Source: Promethearchaeota archaeon
GTDB lineage: Archaea > Asgardarchaeota > Lokiarchaeia > Sigyniarchaeales > SOKP01
DNA: 64,000 nucleotides
NCBI GenBank assembly: GCA_048937405.1
Contig: JBHLNF010000001.1
Coordinates: forward strand, 32,001 to 96,000
Direction: 5' to 3'
Both the position numbers and the translations under genes were made by a program. A model generated the notes under the pieces. The model worked only from the letters and a program-made list of their open reading frames with translations. It did not search any database and was not told the origin of the DNA. Of this stretch, positions 29,881 to 40,511 are shown piece by piece. Each line of letters opens with the position of its first letter. Positions within the stretch are counted from its first letter, which is position 1.

Positions 29881-31002
29881 TTGAAAAACAATTCTAAAAA
29901 AAAAGGCAAATACCAGCCTTTCTCATATTTTATTGAACAAGAATTAATCTTTTATAATAGTTTAAATCAAAAGAAGAATGTATTAGCCTTTGGAATACTA
30001 CAAACTCGAGATATTTCAAACCTGATACAGATCTTAAATAATTTCATAAAAAAATCGTGTTTAAACTCATATACCATTCAAATAGGGATGCATTCTGAAA
30101 CCCATATTATATTAAAATATATATGTGAAGAAAAAAAAGAAATAGTTCAGGATTATTCTAAGTTATGTGAACTCTTGAATAATAAAGAGATTCCATTTTG
30201 TTTATTAGAAAATAATTTATTAGAAATGGAGTTCTTGGGCATTTTAAGAAATGGAAATGCTCCTAAATTAAATGAGTTGAAAATTTCAATTTCCAATTCC
30301 AAAAATGGATTATCTCTCAAAAATGATAAATATTCTATTAATTATTTCTTTTATGATATCAAACTTGATTTAGTTATGGAGGATATCTATTTTTTCCAGC
30401 ATATAAAAAAATTTTTAAAAGAACGGGAAATAAAATTTCATTTATTCTTATACAATACACTAGATGAAATTGGAGATTTAAGAAGCTCAGCATATCTTAC
30501 TATAGTAGCAAAAGAAGAAAATAGCACAATTGATCTTATCAAGGTTTCAAATGAATTTTTTAAAAAGAATCTATTAGATCTACAGAAACCTAAGATAAGT
30601 CTTATTTGGCAATTATTGTGGCGATTACCAATCAAAAACAAATTAACTAGAATTGATAATAATTTTATCTTAGAACCAGAAAATACGCCCTTAACTCAAT
30701 TTGAAATCCTGACCCTATTAGAAAAAAATCTATTAGAGAAACATATTAAATATGAACTAGTAAAAGACTCTCAAATGGTAATCAATCAAAACTGGTTATT
30801 TTCCATTTTTTCTAACTTAAATTTAAACAAGTTTTCAGAAATTATAAAAAATAATATTAATCAATATCATATCTATGTATTGGTAATCGATTATGTTGAT
30901 TATTCAAAATTAGTAAGTTATGATAATATTACTGAAATAAACAACCTTACTATAATAAATCTTGAAGAATTCCTAGATTTAGATTATGCTCTTTTTAAAT
31001 AA
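29881..31002 (+). CDS. Hypothetical protein
   Basis: 373-aa ORF, TTG start, divergent from the HerA-like ATPase. Confidence 0.65.
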   Translation: MKNNSKKKGKYQPFSYFIEQELIFYNSLNQKKNVLAFGILQTRDISNLIQILNNFIKKSCLNSYTIQIGMHSETHIILKYICEEKKEIVQDYSKLCELLNNKEIPFCLLENNLLEMEFLGILRNGNAPKLNELKISISNSKNGLSLKNDKYSINYFFYDIKLDLVMEDIYFFQHIKKFLKEREIKFHLFLYNTLDEIGDLRSSAYLTIVAKEENSTIDLIKVSNEFFKKNLLDLQKPKISLIWQLLWRLPIKNKLTRIDNNFILEPENTPLTQFEILTLLEKNLLEKHIKYELVKDSQMVINQNWLFSIFSNLNLNKFSEIIKNNINQYHIYVLVIDYVDYSKLVSYDNITEINNLTIINLEEFLDLDYALFK

Positions 31003-31008
31003 TGGAGA

Positions 31009-32574
31009 TTAAAAGAAAGTAATAGAAAACATGAAACTTTGTAAATATACCAAGATGTATATGAAGATTGATATTAGAATAATCACATAAGTTCTTTTAT
31101 GACGTACAATCTTTAAAAAATAATAACATGTTATAACTGTGCAGATTATTAGAATAGAAAAGATTAATATAACATCTAAAATGTCAACAAGTTCATATAA
31201 AGAACTTATTTCTTGCATATTTTCAGTATAATTCATATTTCTAACAATCGCTATTACTAATGGCAACATCCCTCCTATTGCTCCTAAAATACCTGGAAAG
31301 ATGAATATAAAAACTTTGACAAGAAATTTTTTTCCTGATACGATTAATCTAAATTTTTCTTCAAGTCTTCTATGTCTATCAAGAATAGCAAGTATGTCAG
31401 TAATTTTTTTTGAGGAATAATAAGCACTTTTTTTTAACATGTCATAAATAACATCCAATATAACTTTATATCGTGGGGAATCTAAGATTAACTTCAAATT
31501 ATTTATTAAATCTTTAAAAGTATATTGGAAACTGATAAGGTATGAAATTTGCTTATAAAAAGTATCATTTAGTAAAGATAAATAAGTCTTACTTTTTGAA
31601 TATGCTTTAATGAAAGCGACTTCAGGGCTATAATTATTTTTTAAAGTTAAAGCCAAAACTTCGAGAAACAATAGGAATTCATCGAATTGTTTTTCTCTTA
31701 CCCCAGAATATTCATCTAACACTCCAATTAATCCGATGTTAATTCTCACCATTTTTTTAAACATCCAGTACATCAAGAACAAAAGTGATGTGGCTATGAA
31801 AAGAGCAAAAAATATATTTATTTGTTGAAATAGTATAAAAGAGGATAAAACTAGGGGAAAGAATAATCCTGTAAAAAAAATTATCCCTATTTTAGTTTGC
31901 AATGATTTTATCAATATGCGAAAATTCTTTTCTGAAGAATTCTCATCATAGTCTTCAATATCATAGTCATGACCAAAATTTTTTATCATGAGTTCAGATA
32001 TATATGAATTAAAATCTTTTGATGGTGTTTCGATCAATAATAATTCTTCTTCGGGAACATACCCTAAATGAATTTTTCCATGAATAAATTTAAAGTTGTC
32101 AGAAATAGGTAATTTATAGTCCATCACTAACTTAATAAAAGAAAGACATAAATCAGATTTCTGATCTTTGATAGTTTTTATTAATGAAAAATTAATTTTA
32201 ATTAATGATAATAATGTATTTACTATTTTCTCATCTTTTTTAATCCTTTTATAGATAGTTAGATTAAAATTATATGCAACCAATACGGCAAATATTAGTG
32301 CAAACATTAAAGAATAGAGAATGTTAAAAAATATGAGTCCAAAATTAATAATGAAAATGAACAGGAAGAATAGTAAACTAATAATATTGATAAAAATGAA
32401 AAAAGTTGCTTTGCAAACATCTACTTCATCTAAATTATACTTAATTTTATATTGCTTTTTATATTCTTCAGGAATTTGTTTGAAGCGGAGTAAGGGAAAA
32501 TTATGCTTTTGAAAATAATTGCAGAATCTAATATATTTCTTCAATTTGTTATCTTCAAAATCATTTAACATCAC
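31009..32574 (-). CDS. TadB/TadC/ArlJ-like pilus platform membrane protein (T2SS F-like, duplicated)
   Basis: Two TM-pair plus cytoplasmic-domain units (KIHLGYVPEEEL; LKNNYSPEVAF); next to pilin and prepilin peptidase. Confidence 0.7.
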   Translation of the reverse strand: MMLNDFEDNKLKKYIRFCNYFQKHNFPLLRFKQIPEEYKKQYKIKYNLDEVDVCKATFFIFINIISLLFFLFIFIINFGLIFFNILYSLMFALIFAVLVAYNFNLTIYKRIKKDEKIVNTLLSLIKINFSLIKTIKDQKSDLCLSFIKLVMDYKLPISDNFKFIHGKIHLGYVPEEELLLIETPSKDFNSYISELMIKNFGHDYDIEDYDENSSEKNFRILIKSLQTKIGIIFFTGLFFPLVLSSFILFQQINIFFALFIATSLLFLMYWMFKKMVRINIGLIGVLDEYSGVREKQFDEFLLFLEVLALTLKNNYSPEVAFIKAYSKSKTYLSLLNDTFYKQISYLISFQYTFKDLINNLKLILDSPRYKVILDVIYDMLKKSAYYSSKKITDILAILDRHRRLEEKFRLIVSGKKFLVKVFIFIFPGILGAIGGMLPLVIAIVRNMNYTENMQEISSLYELVDILDVILIFSILIICTVITCYYFLKIVRHKRTYVIILISIFIYILVYLQSFMFSITFF

Positions 32575-32632
32575 AATTTCACTTGAATATGTGACTTATT
32601 CCTTTATTTATTTAAATAGGAAACTTGAATAA

Positions 32633-33016
32633 TTAACACTTTAACTCGATAATGTTAAGAGGGATTTTATATTTAACCTGCGCTAGGACTACTTTTGAAA
32701 GTAAAGGAGTTTTATCTAATATAGCAATAGTAGCAGCATTACATTTATTCTGAATAGAAATTGTTTCTTGTATTTTATTTTGCGAAATCGAAATTGCTTC
32801 ATTTTCTTTAGAATTACCATCTGATGTGAATAGGTCTATAAAACCTTCTTTCGCTTTAGTAAACTGTGCTATAGCAAAAACCAAAAGAAGTCCGATAATA
32901 ATTACTGTGATAGCTAATACTAATACTTGGTTTATAATTTCTCCTCCAGATTCATTCTTTTTAAAGCTTTTATACTTCCTTTTAACTTTTTCTAAAAAAT
33001 TTCTCATTCTTAACAT
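32633..33016 (-). CDS. Type IV/Flp-like prepilin
   Basis: Basic leader ending FKKNESG followed by hydrophobic GEIINQVLVLAITVIIIGLLLVFAIA (class III signal-like). Confidence 0.7.
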   Translation of the reverse strand: MLRMRNFLEKVKRKYKSFKKNESGGEIINQVLVLAITVIIIGLLLVFAIAQFTKAKEGFIDLFTSDGNSKENEAISISQNKIQETISIQNKCNAATIAILDKTPLLSKVVLAQVKYKIPLNIIELKC

Positions 33017-33148
33017 ATATGTTATTTTTTAAAGGATATTTTAAAGAGAACGTTTTTTAAAGTTTGGGATGGATTAGAACTTCAAATTATCAATAGTTAA
33101 ATTGTAATTTCGTGAGGTTTTTTAATACCTTCATTAAGAAAAGGTTAG

Positions 33149-33703
33149 ATGATAGACATAATTCACATTAATTCTAGCGGAAAATTGCTTTTCATTATTT
33201 TTACCATGATTCCAATTCTTTTTTACCTGATGTGGAGGAGTGGTTTTAATTTTGGAAAGGTAAAAATTCTGATGATTCTATCCAATATCGTAGCATTTTA
33301 TTTTTATTTTTCTTCGTCTGAACACCTCTTTTTCTTTGCTCTATCATTGAGTAATATAATTGGAACTCTATTATTTTTAAATTTATTGTTCTTTTCTTCC
33401 ATTTTTACTATAATAGTTCTAACAATACGCTCTAATCAAAATTTGGGTGAAACTTCTCAAGTTATAATTAAAAAAGAAAAAATACATGACTTTACACCTT
33501 TACCAGATTGGGATAATAAAAGAGATCTCGAATTATCAACAAGGATGGAGCTAGAATCTTATAATGAGAAAAATAGTGTAGAGGATAATCTTGAGAATTA
33601 TAGAGAGGTGTCAAAAATTGAGTACTCCAATGATGAGTTTCAGAAATTTATAAATAATTTATTTAAAAACCAAAAGACACATCAGAAAGATCAGAAAATC
33701 TAA
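33149..33703 (+). CDS. Membrane protein (3 TM) with charged C-terminal tail
   Basis: Hydropathy pattern. Confidence 0.6.
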   Translation: MIDIIHINSSGKLLFIIFTMIPILFYLMWRSGFNFGKVKILMILSNIVAFYFYFSSSEHLFFFALSLSNIIGTLLFLNLLFFSSIFTIIVLTIRSNQNLGETSQVIIKKEKIHDFTPLPDWDNKRDLELSTRMELESYNEKNSVEDNLENYREVSKIEYSNDEFQKFINNLFKNQKTHQKDQKI

Positions 33704-33713
33704 AATTTAGCGT

Positions 33714-34253
33714 TTAAAATTTAGAATTAACATAACTTAGCATTAAAGGTAGACCAAAAAAAAAAGCTAACATAAAAAAACCTATGAAATAAAAAAATCC
33801 TTTAGTTTTCTTTCCTTGCATGAATTTTTTAAAAATGGCATAATAAAGTCCTAAAATAGATAAAATTAATGATAGATATGAAACTGTAGCAGTTCCCAAT
33901 GAAATAAATAAGATATGACCTGTTCCAAAGGAAGCTTGACGTAACTTAAATACATCCATAATGCTTATAAAAGGTGAATAAGGCAAAATTGAACAACAAA
34001 ATGAAAGTATGATTTGAAAAATACTGAAAAGTGACAGTACTGATAATGATCCAAGTATTAAAACACCATATTTGCATTTTATATCTACTTTTTTCACACG
34101 TAATTTTAAATTATCTTGTCCAATCTCAAACTTCTGAGACGCGTTAATTAAATGGTTAGCCATTAAGAAAAAAATTATAGATAAACATATGTGTGACCAA
34201 GCAAAGAAGTTATATAAAAAATCATTAATATAATAGAAAATACCCTGAAACAT
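33714..34253 (-). CDS. Membrane protein (~4 TM)
   Basis: Hydropathy; directly downstream of the prepilin peptidase. Confidence 0.65.
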   Translation of the reverse strand: MFQGIFYYINDFLYNFFAWSHICLSIIFFLMANHLINASQKFEIGQDNLKLRVKKVDIKCKYGVLILGSLSVLSLFSIFQIILSFCCSILPYSPFISIMDVFKLRQASFGTGHILFISLGTATVSYLSLILSILGLYYAIFKKFMQGKKTKGFFYFIGFFMLAFFFGLPLMLSYVNSKF

Positions 34254-34286
34254 ATTAAATATAAATACAAAAATAACTATTTAAGT

Positions 34287-34856
34287 TCAGATAATAAAAA
34301 ATAACCATATAGTCACTGTTATATATGAGAAAAAGATAGGTAAGACTATTGGTAAAATATGTTTCTTTCTTAATGTTCTCAATTGCTTATTTTTAAAATT
34401 ATGTGAGCAATCATCAAATATTACATTGTGCATCATCTTATAGACAATTTCGCTATTCTCACAATTTTTCATCTTATTTTTAAGAAAATAATTGATTATC
34501 AAAAAAAGTAATAAAAAACAACCAAACACAAGGAAGAAATATTTTAAGAAATGGAAAATATAAATAAAGGGAAGAGAATGAAATAGAAGAATCAAAACTT
34601 TACCATCTCCTCCACCTAACAATCTAAAAACAAATAATGTTAAAGTAAGTAAAAAAATAAATGAGAAAATCAATGATTTAATAAAAATATACCAAATTAT
34701 TGTATCTAAATAGATATAGCCTTCTAATGTAATAAAAACAAATGTAATTAGCAAATATATTTTCAGAAATTTATTTGGGATTCTTCGATAAGTCAAGTCG
34801 AAATAAACACAGACAATCAGAAATAAAAAAATTGAAACGAGATTAACTAAATACAT
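34287..34856 (-). CDS. Prepilin peptidase (A24 family, GxGD aspartic protease)
   Basis: YFDLTYRRIPN and LLGGGDGK catalytic Asp motifs; multiple TM helices. Confidence 0.9.
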   Translation of the reverse strand: MYLVNLVSIFLFLIVCVYFDLTYRRIPNKFLKIYLLITFVFITLEGYIYLDTIIWYIFIKSLIFSFIFLLTLTLFVFRLLGGGDGKVLILLFHSLPFIYIFHFLKYFFLVFGCFLLLFLIINYFLKNKMKNCENSEIVYKMMHNVIFDDCSHNFKNKQLRTLRKKHILPIVLPIFFSYITVTIWLFFII

Positions 34857-34966
34857 TAAAATTACTATTTTTTTTTATGATTTGTTATTGGAATTCAATT
34901 ATTTAAATTACTAAATTAATTCATTATAAAAGGAATCAATTAGAAGCCTTACGAAAGAGTTTTTTA

Positions 34967-35878
34967 TTACATTTTTAGTTTTAATTTTTCCCGAATCAAT
35001 TTGTAATAATTTCTTAAGGTTACTTCAGTAACTCCAGCAATAATGGATATTTCATTTTGACTTCTCCTTTCATTATTAATTAAACACGCACAATACAAAG
35101 CTGAAGAAGCTAAACTTCGAGGACTTTTTCCACTGAAATTTATTTTCTTTTCCAACATTTTTAAGATATTAATTGCTTGAGTTCCTGTTTGCCATGAAAG
35201 AGATAGTTTTGAAACATAGAGAGGAATCCAATCTTGAGGTTTAGGGGGAGGAAATTTTAAATTAAGTTCTCTCTGAATTATTTCAACGTATTTTTTTATA
35301 GTTTTCAAATTTAAATTAGTTATATTATTTAATAATTGGATAACTGCATTTCTTTTATTCAACTTTAAAACAACATAAAGTGAGGCAATAATCATTCCAT
35401 TTATTGAACGCCCTTTAAGTATAACCTTTTGAATTATCTTTCTGTAGTAATAAGCTGCTTTTTCTTTAATATCATTAGTTAAAGATAATTGAGAGCAAAT
35501 GAGTTCTAAGATATTCATTGCATAAGAGAGATTTTTATTTATTGATTTTTTAAATTTTGTTCGTTCTTGCCATTTTCTCAATCTATAAAGTTCTGATTGT
35601 TTTTTTGGACTTATATAAACTCCAGAGGCATCTTTATTTTCCTTTCCTATCATTGTAGTTAGTCCTTTATCAAATAAAGATAAAATTATTTTAGGTCCTA
35701 CTCGTGTCCTTTTTTTGTGTTCTTCTGGAGTAAAAGAACGCCATTCTGGACCAGGATCAATAAAATATTCTTGGACAACAACTCCACAATTTTTACATAC
35801 AACTTGACCTCTAAAGTAGTCTGTGATAAATATTGTATTTCTACACTCTGGACATGAATTTTTCTCTGATGTTGGCAT
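34967..35878 (-). CDS. tfb: Transcription initiation factor IIB paralogue
   Basis: CPEC...CKNCG Zn ribbon, IDPGPEWRSF B-reader, RLRKWQ, GKSP, VTEVTLRN. Confidence 0.92.
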   Translation of the reverse strand: MPTSEKNSCPECRNTIFITDYFRGQVVCKNCGVVVQEYFIDPGPEWRSFTPEEHKKRTRVGPKIILSLFDKGLTTMIGKENKDASGVYISPKKQSELYRLRKWQERTKFKKSINKNLSYAMNILELICSQLSLTNDIKEKAAYYYRKIIQKVILKGRSINGMIIASLYVVLKLNKRNAVIQLLNNITNLNLKTIKKYVEIIQRELNLKFPPPKPQDWIPLYVSKLSLSWQTGTQAINILKMLEKKINFSGKSPRSLASSALYCACLINNERRSQNEISIIAGVTEVTLRNYYKLIREKLKLKM

Positions 35879-36217
35879 TTTTAATAATTTAAAAACAATT
35901 TTAAAACACCTAAATGAAAGCGATTTAAAATGAAATCTGATTTTTTACTTAAAAACTGCTCGAAAAGTTAACTTTACTAAGTTCATGTAAAATTTTACAT
36001 CGATTTATTGAAAATAAATGAGAATTTTGACGTATTTTTCTCAAATTAATGTCTAAAGCATAATTTATACAAATTTACTTTCAATCACCTCTCATTCTCT
36101 AAGGTTCTAAATTTCACTTTATTGGTTGAAAAATAAATTTGAAAGTACCAAGTTTTCAAGAAACTGAGATAAAAAACAGGTAGTATTTATACCTTAAAAT
36201 AAAAATTTGGTGTCAAA

Positions 36218-37249
36218 ATGGTAATTGAAAAAAAAGATCAATCAATTTATGATAATTGCCCGGAATGTGGTGGCGAGTTAATATCGAACAGTTTTGAGAA
36301 AATTTGTAGGGCTTGTGGACTAGTAACTGAAAATCTACTTAAAGAAAGCTCTTTTCTTTTCAATGATCTAGAAGATCAGAGAAAATTAAGTAAACAATAT
36401 GTAGCTCTAGGTGAAAGGCCTGACTTTATAGGAGGGTTGGGATCATTTATAGACTATGAAGGATCTAAATATCTAAAAGATAAGGATGGTAGGCTCTTAT
36501 CACCTGAAGAACAAAAATTATTTAGAAGGCTAAAAAAAAATTATGCTCAATTTCTTCATATTAAAAATCACGAAACTGAGTACAGAATCTTCAATATCTT
36601 GAACAAAATTTCATTATCTCTCAATCTTAATAAAAACATCAGAAATAATGCTGCTTATTATTACAAAAAAATAGTTAAAAAAGAGCAAAAAGTTATCAAC
36701 AATATTTCGTTAATTGCTTTTTGTATATTTTATGCTGTACGGAAGGAATATCATAATGCCCCTATAACTATTAATGAAATAGCTGAAGCGTTTCAAACTT
36801 TTGGTCACCGTGTAAATCCCAGATTAATCATGAGAGATGGAATTAGATATAAACATCATTTAAAGAATGCTACTACTCCACATAAAAGTGAAGATTATCT
36901 CACAAGATTAATTGATCAAGTTATTAAACATAAAGATACTACCGAAAGGCTAAATAAAAAGGGAATAAATTGGTCAATTCAGGAATTTCATAATAAATTA
37001 ATGATAAAATGTCGAAAAATTTTAAAAGAACTACCTTTTAGTAAAAGAGGGGGGAGAAATCCATTTATTTTGACAGGAGCGATTATATATCTTGCTGATA
37101 AACTATTAGCAAAAGATTATTCCCAAAAAGGACTATTAACACAATGGTTAGTATCTGATGCTACTAAGATTCCTGAATACTCTATCCGAGACCACTATGT
37201 GAATTTATTAAAACCAATTTTTCTAAAAAAAGAGTGTTTATGTAAATAA
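36218..37249 (+). CDS. Divergent TFB/TFIIB-like protein
   Basis: CPECGG...CRACGLV Zn ribbon, RRLKK, AAYYYKK, GRNP cyclin-fold motifs; B-reader not conserved. Confidence 0.8.
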   Translation: MVIEKKDQSIYDNCPECGGELISNSFEKICRACGLVTENLLKESSFLFNDLEDQRKLSKQYVALGERPDFIGGLGSFIDYEGSKYLKDKDGRLLSPEEQKLFRRLKKNYAQFLHIKNHETEYRIFNILNKISLSLNLNKNIRNNAAYYYKKIVKKEQKVINNISLIAFCIFYAVRKEYHNAPITINEIAEAFQTFGHRVNPRLIMRDGIRYKHHLKNATTPHKSEDYLTRLIDQVIKHKDTTERLNKKGINWSIQEFHNKLMIKCRKILKELPFSKRGGRNPFILTGAIIYLADKLLAKDYSQKGLLTQWLVSDATKIPEYSIRDHYVNLLKPIFLKKECLCK

Positions 37250-37594
37250 AAATGCAAAATTGAAAATTAAAAGAAGCTTTAGACATTATTAGAGTATGAA
37301 AAATTAGAACTTAGATGTTCTATATACGAAAAAAACTTTTTTTAAAGAAATATTAATCAAAATTTTAAAAAGAGTAATGTCCTACTTGATTATATCTTTA
37401 TTAGGACATTAACAAAAACATATGGAAGTTTATATATATCTTTGACTTATTTAATTTTGATAAAAAGTAAAATATTGAGAGGATGAAGAGTTCTATAAAT
37501 TTCGGAAAAATTTTGCCGATTTAAATGATCACTATTAACCTTTTTTGAATCCTTCCTGCCTTCAATATTTTCTTTTATCAAATATTAGAAATGA

Positions 37595-38314
37595 CTATTC
37601 AATTAAAGACTTTAATATCTTTATTTTTATTTCGGCATGTTCATTACAAGGTTCAGTAATTAATATAGTCTCATAACAATCAAATGCACTTTCAAAATCT
37701 TCCAATTCAATATATAAATTTCCCAATTTATCTAATAGAATCTCACTATAAGAAAAAATATCTAATGCTTCTTTTATAATTTCAATTGCATTATTTAATT
37801 TCCCTAATCGTTCGTAACATTTTGCCAAATTATAGTAAGCTTCGAAATCAAACATATCTACTGATAAAGCTGCTTCATAATATTCTATTGCTATTTGATA
37901 CTCAAATATATAACTATAAAAGTTTCCTAAATTATAGAGTGCAGGAGCGTTTTGACTGTCTCTTTTTAATACTTCTTGAAAACAGCTTATAGCATCATTA
38001 AATTTTTCTAATCCAAAATATATTAATCCTAAATTAAACCAGACATCTAGAAATTCAGGATTTATTTCAGAACATTGTTTCCAATACTTTATAGCTTTAT
38101 TACTAACTCCTATTCTAGCATAAATTACTCCTAAATTAAATAATGCTCTTAAATTTGAAGAATCAATTTCTAAGACATCAGAGTATTTATTGATAGCAAC
38201 ACCATAATCTTTTAAATCTATAGAAATATCCCCCATTTTCATTAAATCTTTGATCCTTAATCTGATTGTTTTATTATTTCTTAATCTTTCTAATTCGGTT
38301 ATTTTTTCCACCAT
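37595..38314 (-). CDS. TPR protein
   Basis: ALFNLG/WFNLG/ALYNLG/AYYNLA 34-aa repeats. Confidence 0.9.
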   Translation of the reverse strand: MVEKITELERLRNNKTIRLRIKDLMKMGDISIDLKDYGVAINKYSDVLEIDSSNLRALFNLGVIYARIGVSNKAIKYWKQCSEINPEFLDVWFNLGLIYFGLEKFNDAISCFQEVLKRDSQNAPALYNLGNFYSYIFEYQIAIEYYEAALSVDMFDFEAYYNLAKCYERLGKLNNAIEIIKEALDIFSYSEILLDKLGNLYIELEDFESAFDCYETILITEPCNEHAEIKIKILKSLIE

Positions 38315-38451
38315 AATTTCATCCTAATATAGTTAATATTATTGATAAAGATCTTTCAAATAGTTTTATTTAAAGAAAAAATGATCATGGTAAGTCAAAA
38401 TTTTGAGTGAATTTTTTTTTTTAAAAAGAATGATATTATTTTCTCTATATA

Positions 38452-39162
38452 ATGGCGGTTGAAGATTTTAAAGAATGTTCAATTTGTTTTGAAAAATTGG
38501 AAATCCCTCAAAATGATTTTAAACCAAAATTCAGTATAGGAACAATATGTAGAAAATGTTTTGATAATTTTACTCCTCAAGAAAATGAGATTTTAATTCA
38601 TGCTTTTAATGTAGCACGTGGAATATTTCAATTCAATGAGAAATGCATTAACGCTATAAAAGATGTGCTTTTTGATGTTCAGTCTGAATTAAAAACTAAT
38701 AAAAAAAGATCAATCAGCCTACAGGGCATTTTTCAGAAAATTCTAATCCGATCTCAGGTTTATGGACTTAAACTAAATATTTTTTTTAATTTAAACTATC
38801 ATTTCTTTCAAAATCAATCAAGGAAATCAAATTGTGATATTTGTAATCAAAAAATAACAGAAGTTGAAGATAATAAGGATTATGGATTAAATAATCAGAG
38901 AGTCTGTGAAAATTGTATTCAAAAATTTACTGATGATGAGATTAATACTATGATTTCATTAATTAAGAAATATGGTGGATATTTTAATGAAATAAAGGAA
39001 AATAAAGTTACTATCAAGCAAATCTTAGAAAACATGCTTTTTAACCTAAAAAATGAAGAAGATTTTTCAGAAATGATAGAAATCAATGAAAAAGCATTGC
39101 ATTTTGCTTTGCTTTATGGTTACCATCCCAAGCTCTTTATAGAGGAATTAAAGAAGCGCTAG
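38452..39162 (+). CDS. Protein with two tandem CxxC...CxxC Zn-finger/helical units
   Basis: CSIC..CRKC..FT and CDIC..CENC..FT internal duplication. Confidence 0.75.
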   Translation: MAVEDFKECSICFEKLEIPQNDFKPKFSIGTICRKCFDNFTPQENEILIHAFNVARGIFQFNEKCINAIKDVLFDVQSELKTNKKRSISLQGIFQKILIRSQVYGLKLNIFFNLNYHFFQNQSRKSNCDICNQKITEVEDNKDYGLNNQRVCENCIQKFTDDEINTMISLIKKYGGYFNEIKENKVTIKQILENMLFNLKNEEDFSEMIEINEKALHFALLYGYHPKLFIEELKKR

Positions 39163-39376
39163 GAAATGCAATAAGCTATATTTATTTAATTGAAACAGGA
39201 TTAAGTTCAAATCCATTATTGTTAAGGGAAATTGTAATATATTAGGTCTTACTCAGTTTTTTTCTTAAGAATTGTTAATTAATCAGTTTAAATTCTCTTC
39301 ATAAACACACACCATAGGTTCTACGATTGTATAATTATTATTAATGATCTTGAATTTCTTTTATCTTAAAATTAGT

Positions 39377-40381
39377 TCATATTCTTTTCTTTTTATTATA
39401 ATAAACAAAAATTAAAATGCTAGCTCCACACAATATTCCTACAAAAACCATAGTCCCTATCATAAATTCAGTGGGGATATTGTAAGTTGTATTTGATGTC
39501 TTTGAGTTATTAGTTTGATTTGGATCAATTGGTCCTGATATTTTATAGCTATTAATTATCGCAAAACCTATATTTACATAGTCAACTTGACAATATAATC
39601 TAATCTTTAAAGTGTAAAGACCTTCATTGGCGGTTCCAAAATAAAATTCATTCATTTCATTGATATTACATACTGATTCCTTTGAATAGATCTCAAATTC
39701 CACTTCTGTTGGATCAGTTAGATTAATATCAATCTGTAAATCTATATTCTTTAAATGAGAGATTGAAGAAACTCTTCCAAAATAAAATAGATACATTATA
39801 TCATTATCAAGTTGGATATTTTGTTCGATATATTGATTTTTATGAAATTTTAGTACATCATAGGATGTAATATTATCAATCTCCTGCCTACTTAATTTGT
39901 CATAAAGAACTTTTTGGTCTTTTCTAACATTGATTAAAATATTGGCATTGAAAGTAGTTTGCACATAAAATTCCAAGGTATAATTTCCAGTTAATGCCGT
40001 ACCGAAAGGAATTTCATACTTACGTTCATTTTCAGATTCATAAGACATTTTATTTTCAAAAATATCATAGAGACTGTTTTCTGGATCCCTAATTCTAATC
40101 TTTATTGATGAAACATTGTGAGTGGTGATTAATTCAATAGAAATATTATAATTATAACACTCCTCCAAAGATAAATTATTAAATATTAGGATATCATTTG
40201 GAGCGACAAATGTGAAAATACCCTCTGGTAATTCTGAGTTAGGAACTGCTTGTGATCCGTTAAGATTCTCTTCTAAGATTTTTTTATGACTAACAAAATA
40301 TATATTTAGATAAATATAGGAATTAGCTAAGATTATTACTATAAAGATAATTTCGATAATTTTTTTTCTCAATCTGAACAA
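39377..40381 (-). CDS. Membrane-anchored extracellular protein with two repeated beta-sandwich domains
   Basis: N- and C-terminal TM helices; DP...FGTA..G.YTL repeated twice. Confidence 0.75.
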   Translation of the reverse strand: MFRLRKKIIEIIFIVIILANSYIYLNIYFVSHKKILEENLNGSQAVPNSELPEGIFTFVAPNDILIFNNLSLEECYNYNISIELITTHNVSSIKIRIRDPENSLYDIFENKMSYESENERKYEIPFGTALTGNYTLEFYVQTTFNANILINVRKDQKVLYDKLSRQEIDNITSYDVLKFHKNQYIEQNIQLDNDIMYLFYFGRVSSISHLKNIDLQIDINLTDPTEVEFEIYSKESVCNINEMNEFYFGTANEGLYTLKIRLYCQVDYVNIGFAIINSYKISGPIDPNQTNNSKTSNTTYNIPTEFMIGTMVFVGILCGASILIFVYYNKKKRI

Positions 40382-40450
40382 TTTTCGTTTTTTATTAGAA
40401 ATTTATTATTTTCTTATTTATTCATCTTATTTAAAGGAAAAATGAAGAAT

Positions 40451-40471
40451 GGGTGTGTACAAAATTCAGTG
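40451..40471 (+). repeat. Third copy of the 21-bp TIR motif (solo end)
   Basis: GGGTGTGTACAAAATTCAGTG; 18/21 identical to each end of the 16857-26183 element, and 21/24 to the left end including the following ATT. Confidence 0.65.
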
Positions 40472-40511
40472 ATTTGAAGTCCTCTTGATATAAAAATATA
40501 CCCAATTTGAT

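Noticed and set aside
13865-34856. Archaellum operon or complete conjugative element
   Set aside because: No recognisable archaellin, ArlH, relaxase or integrase; only generic type IV pilus parts and a HerA/VirD4-like ATPase.
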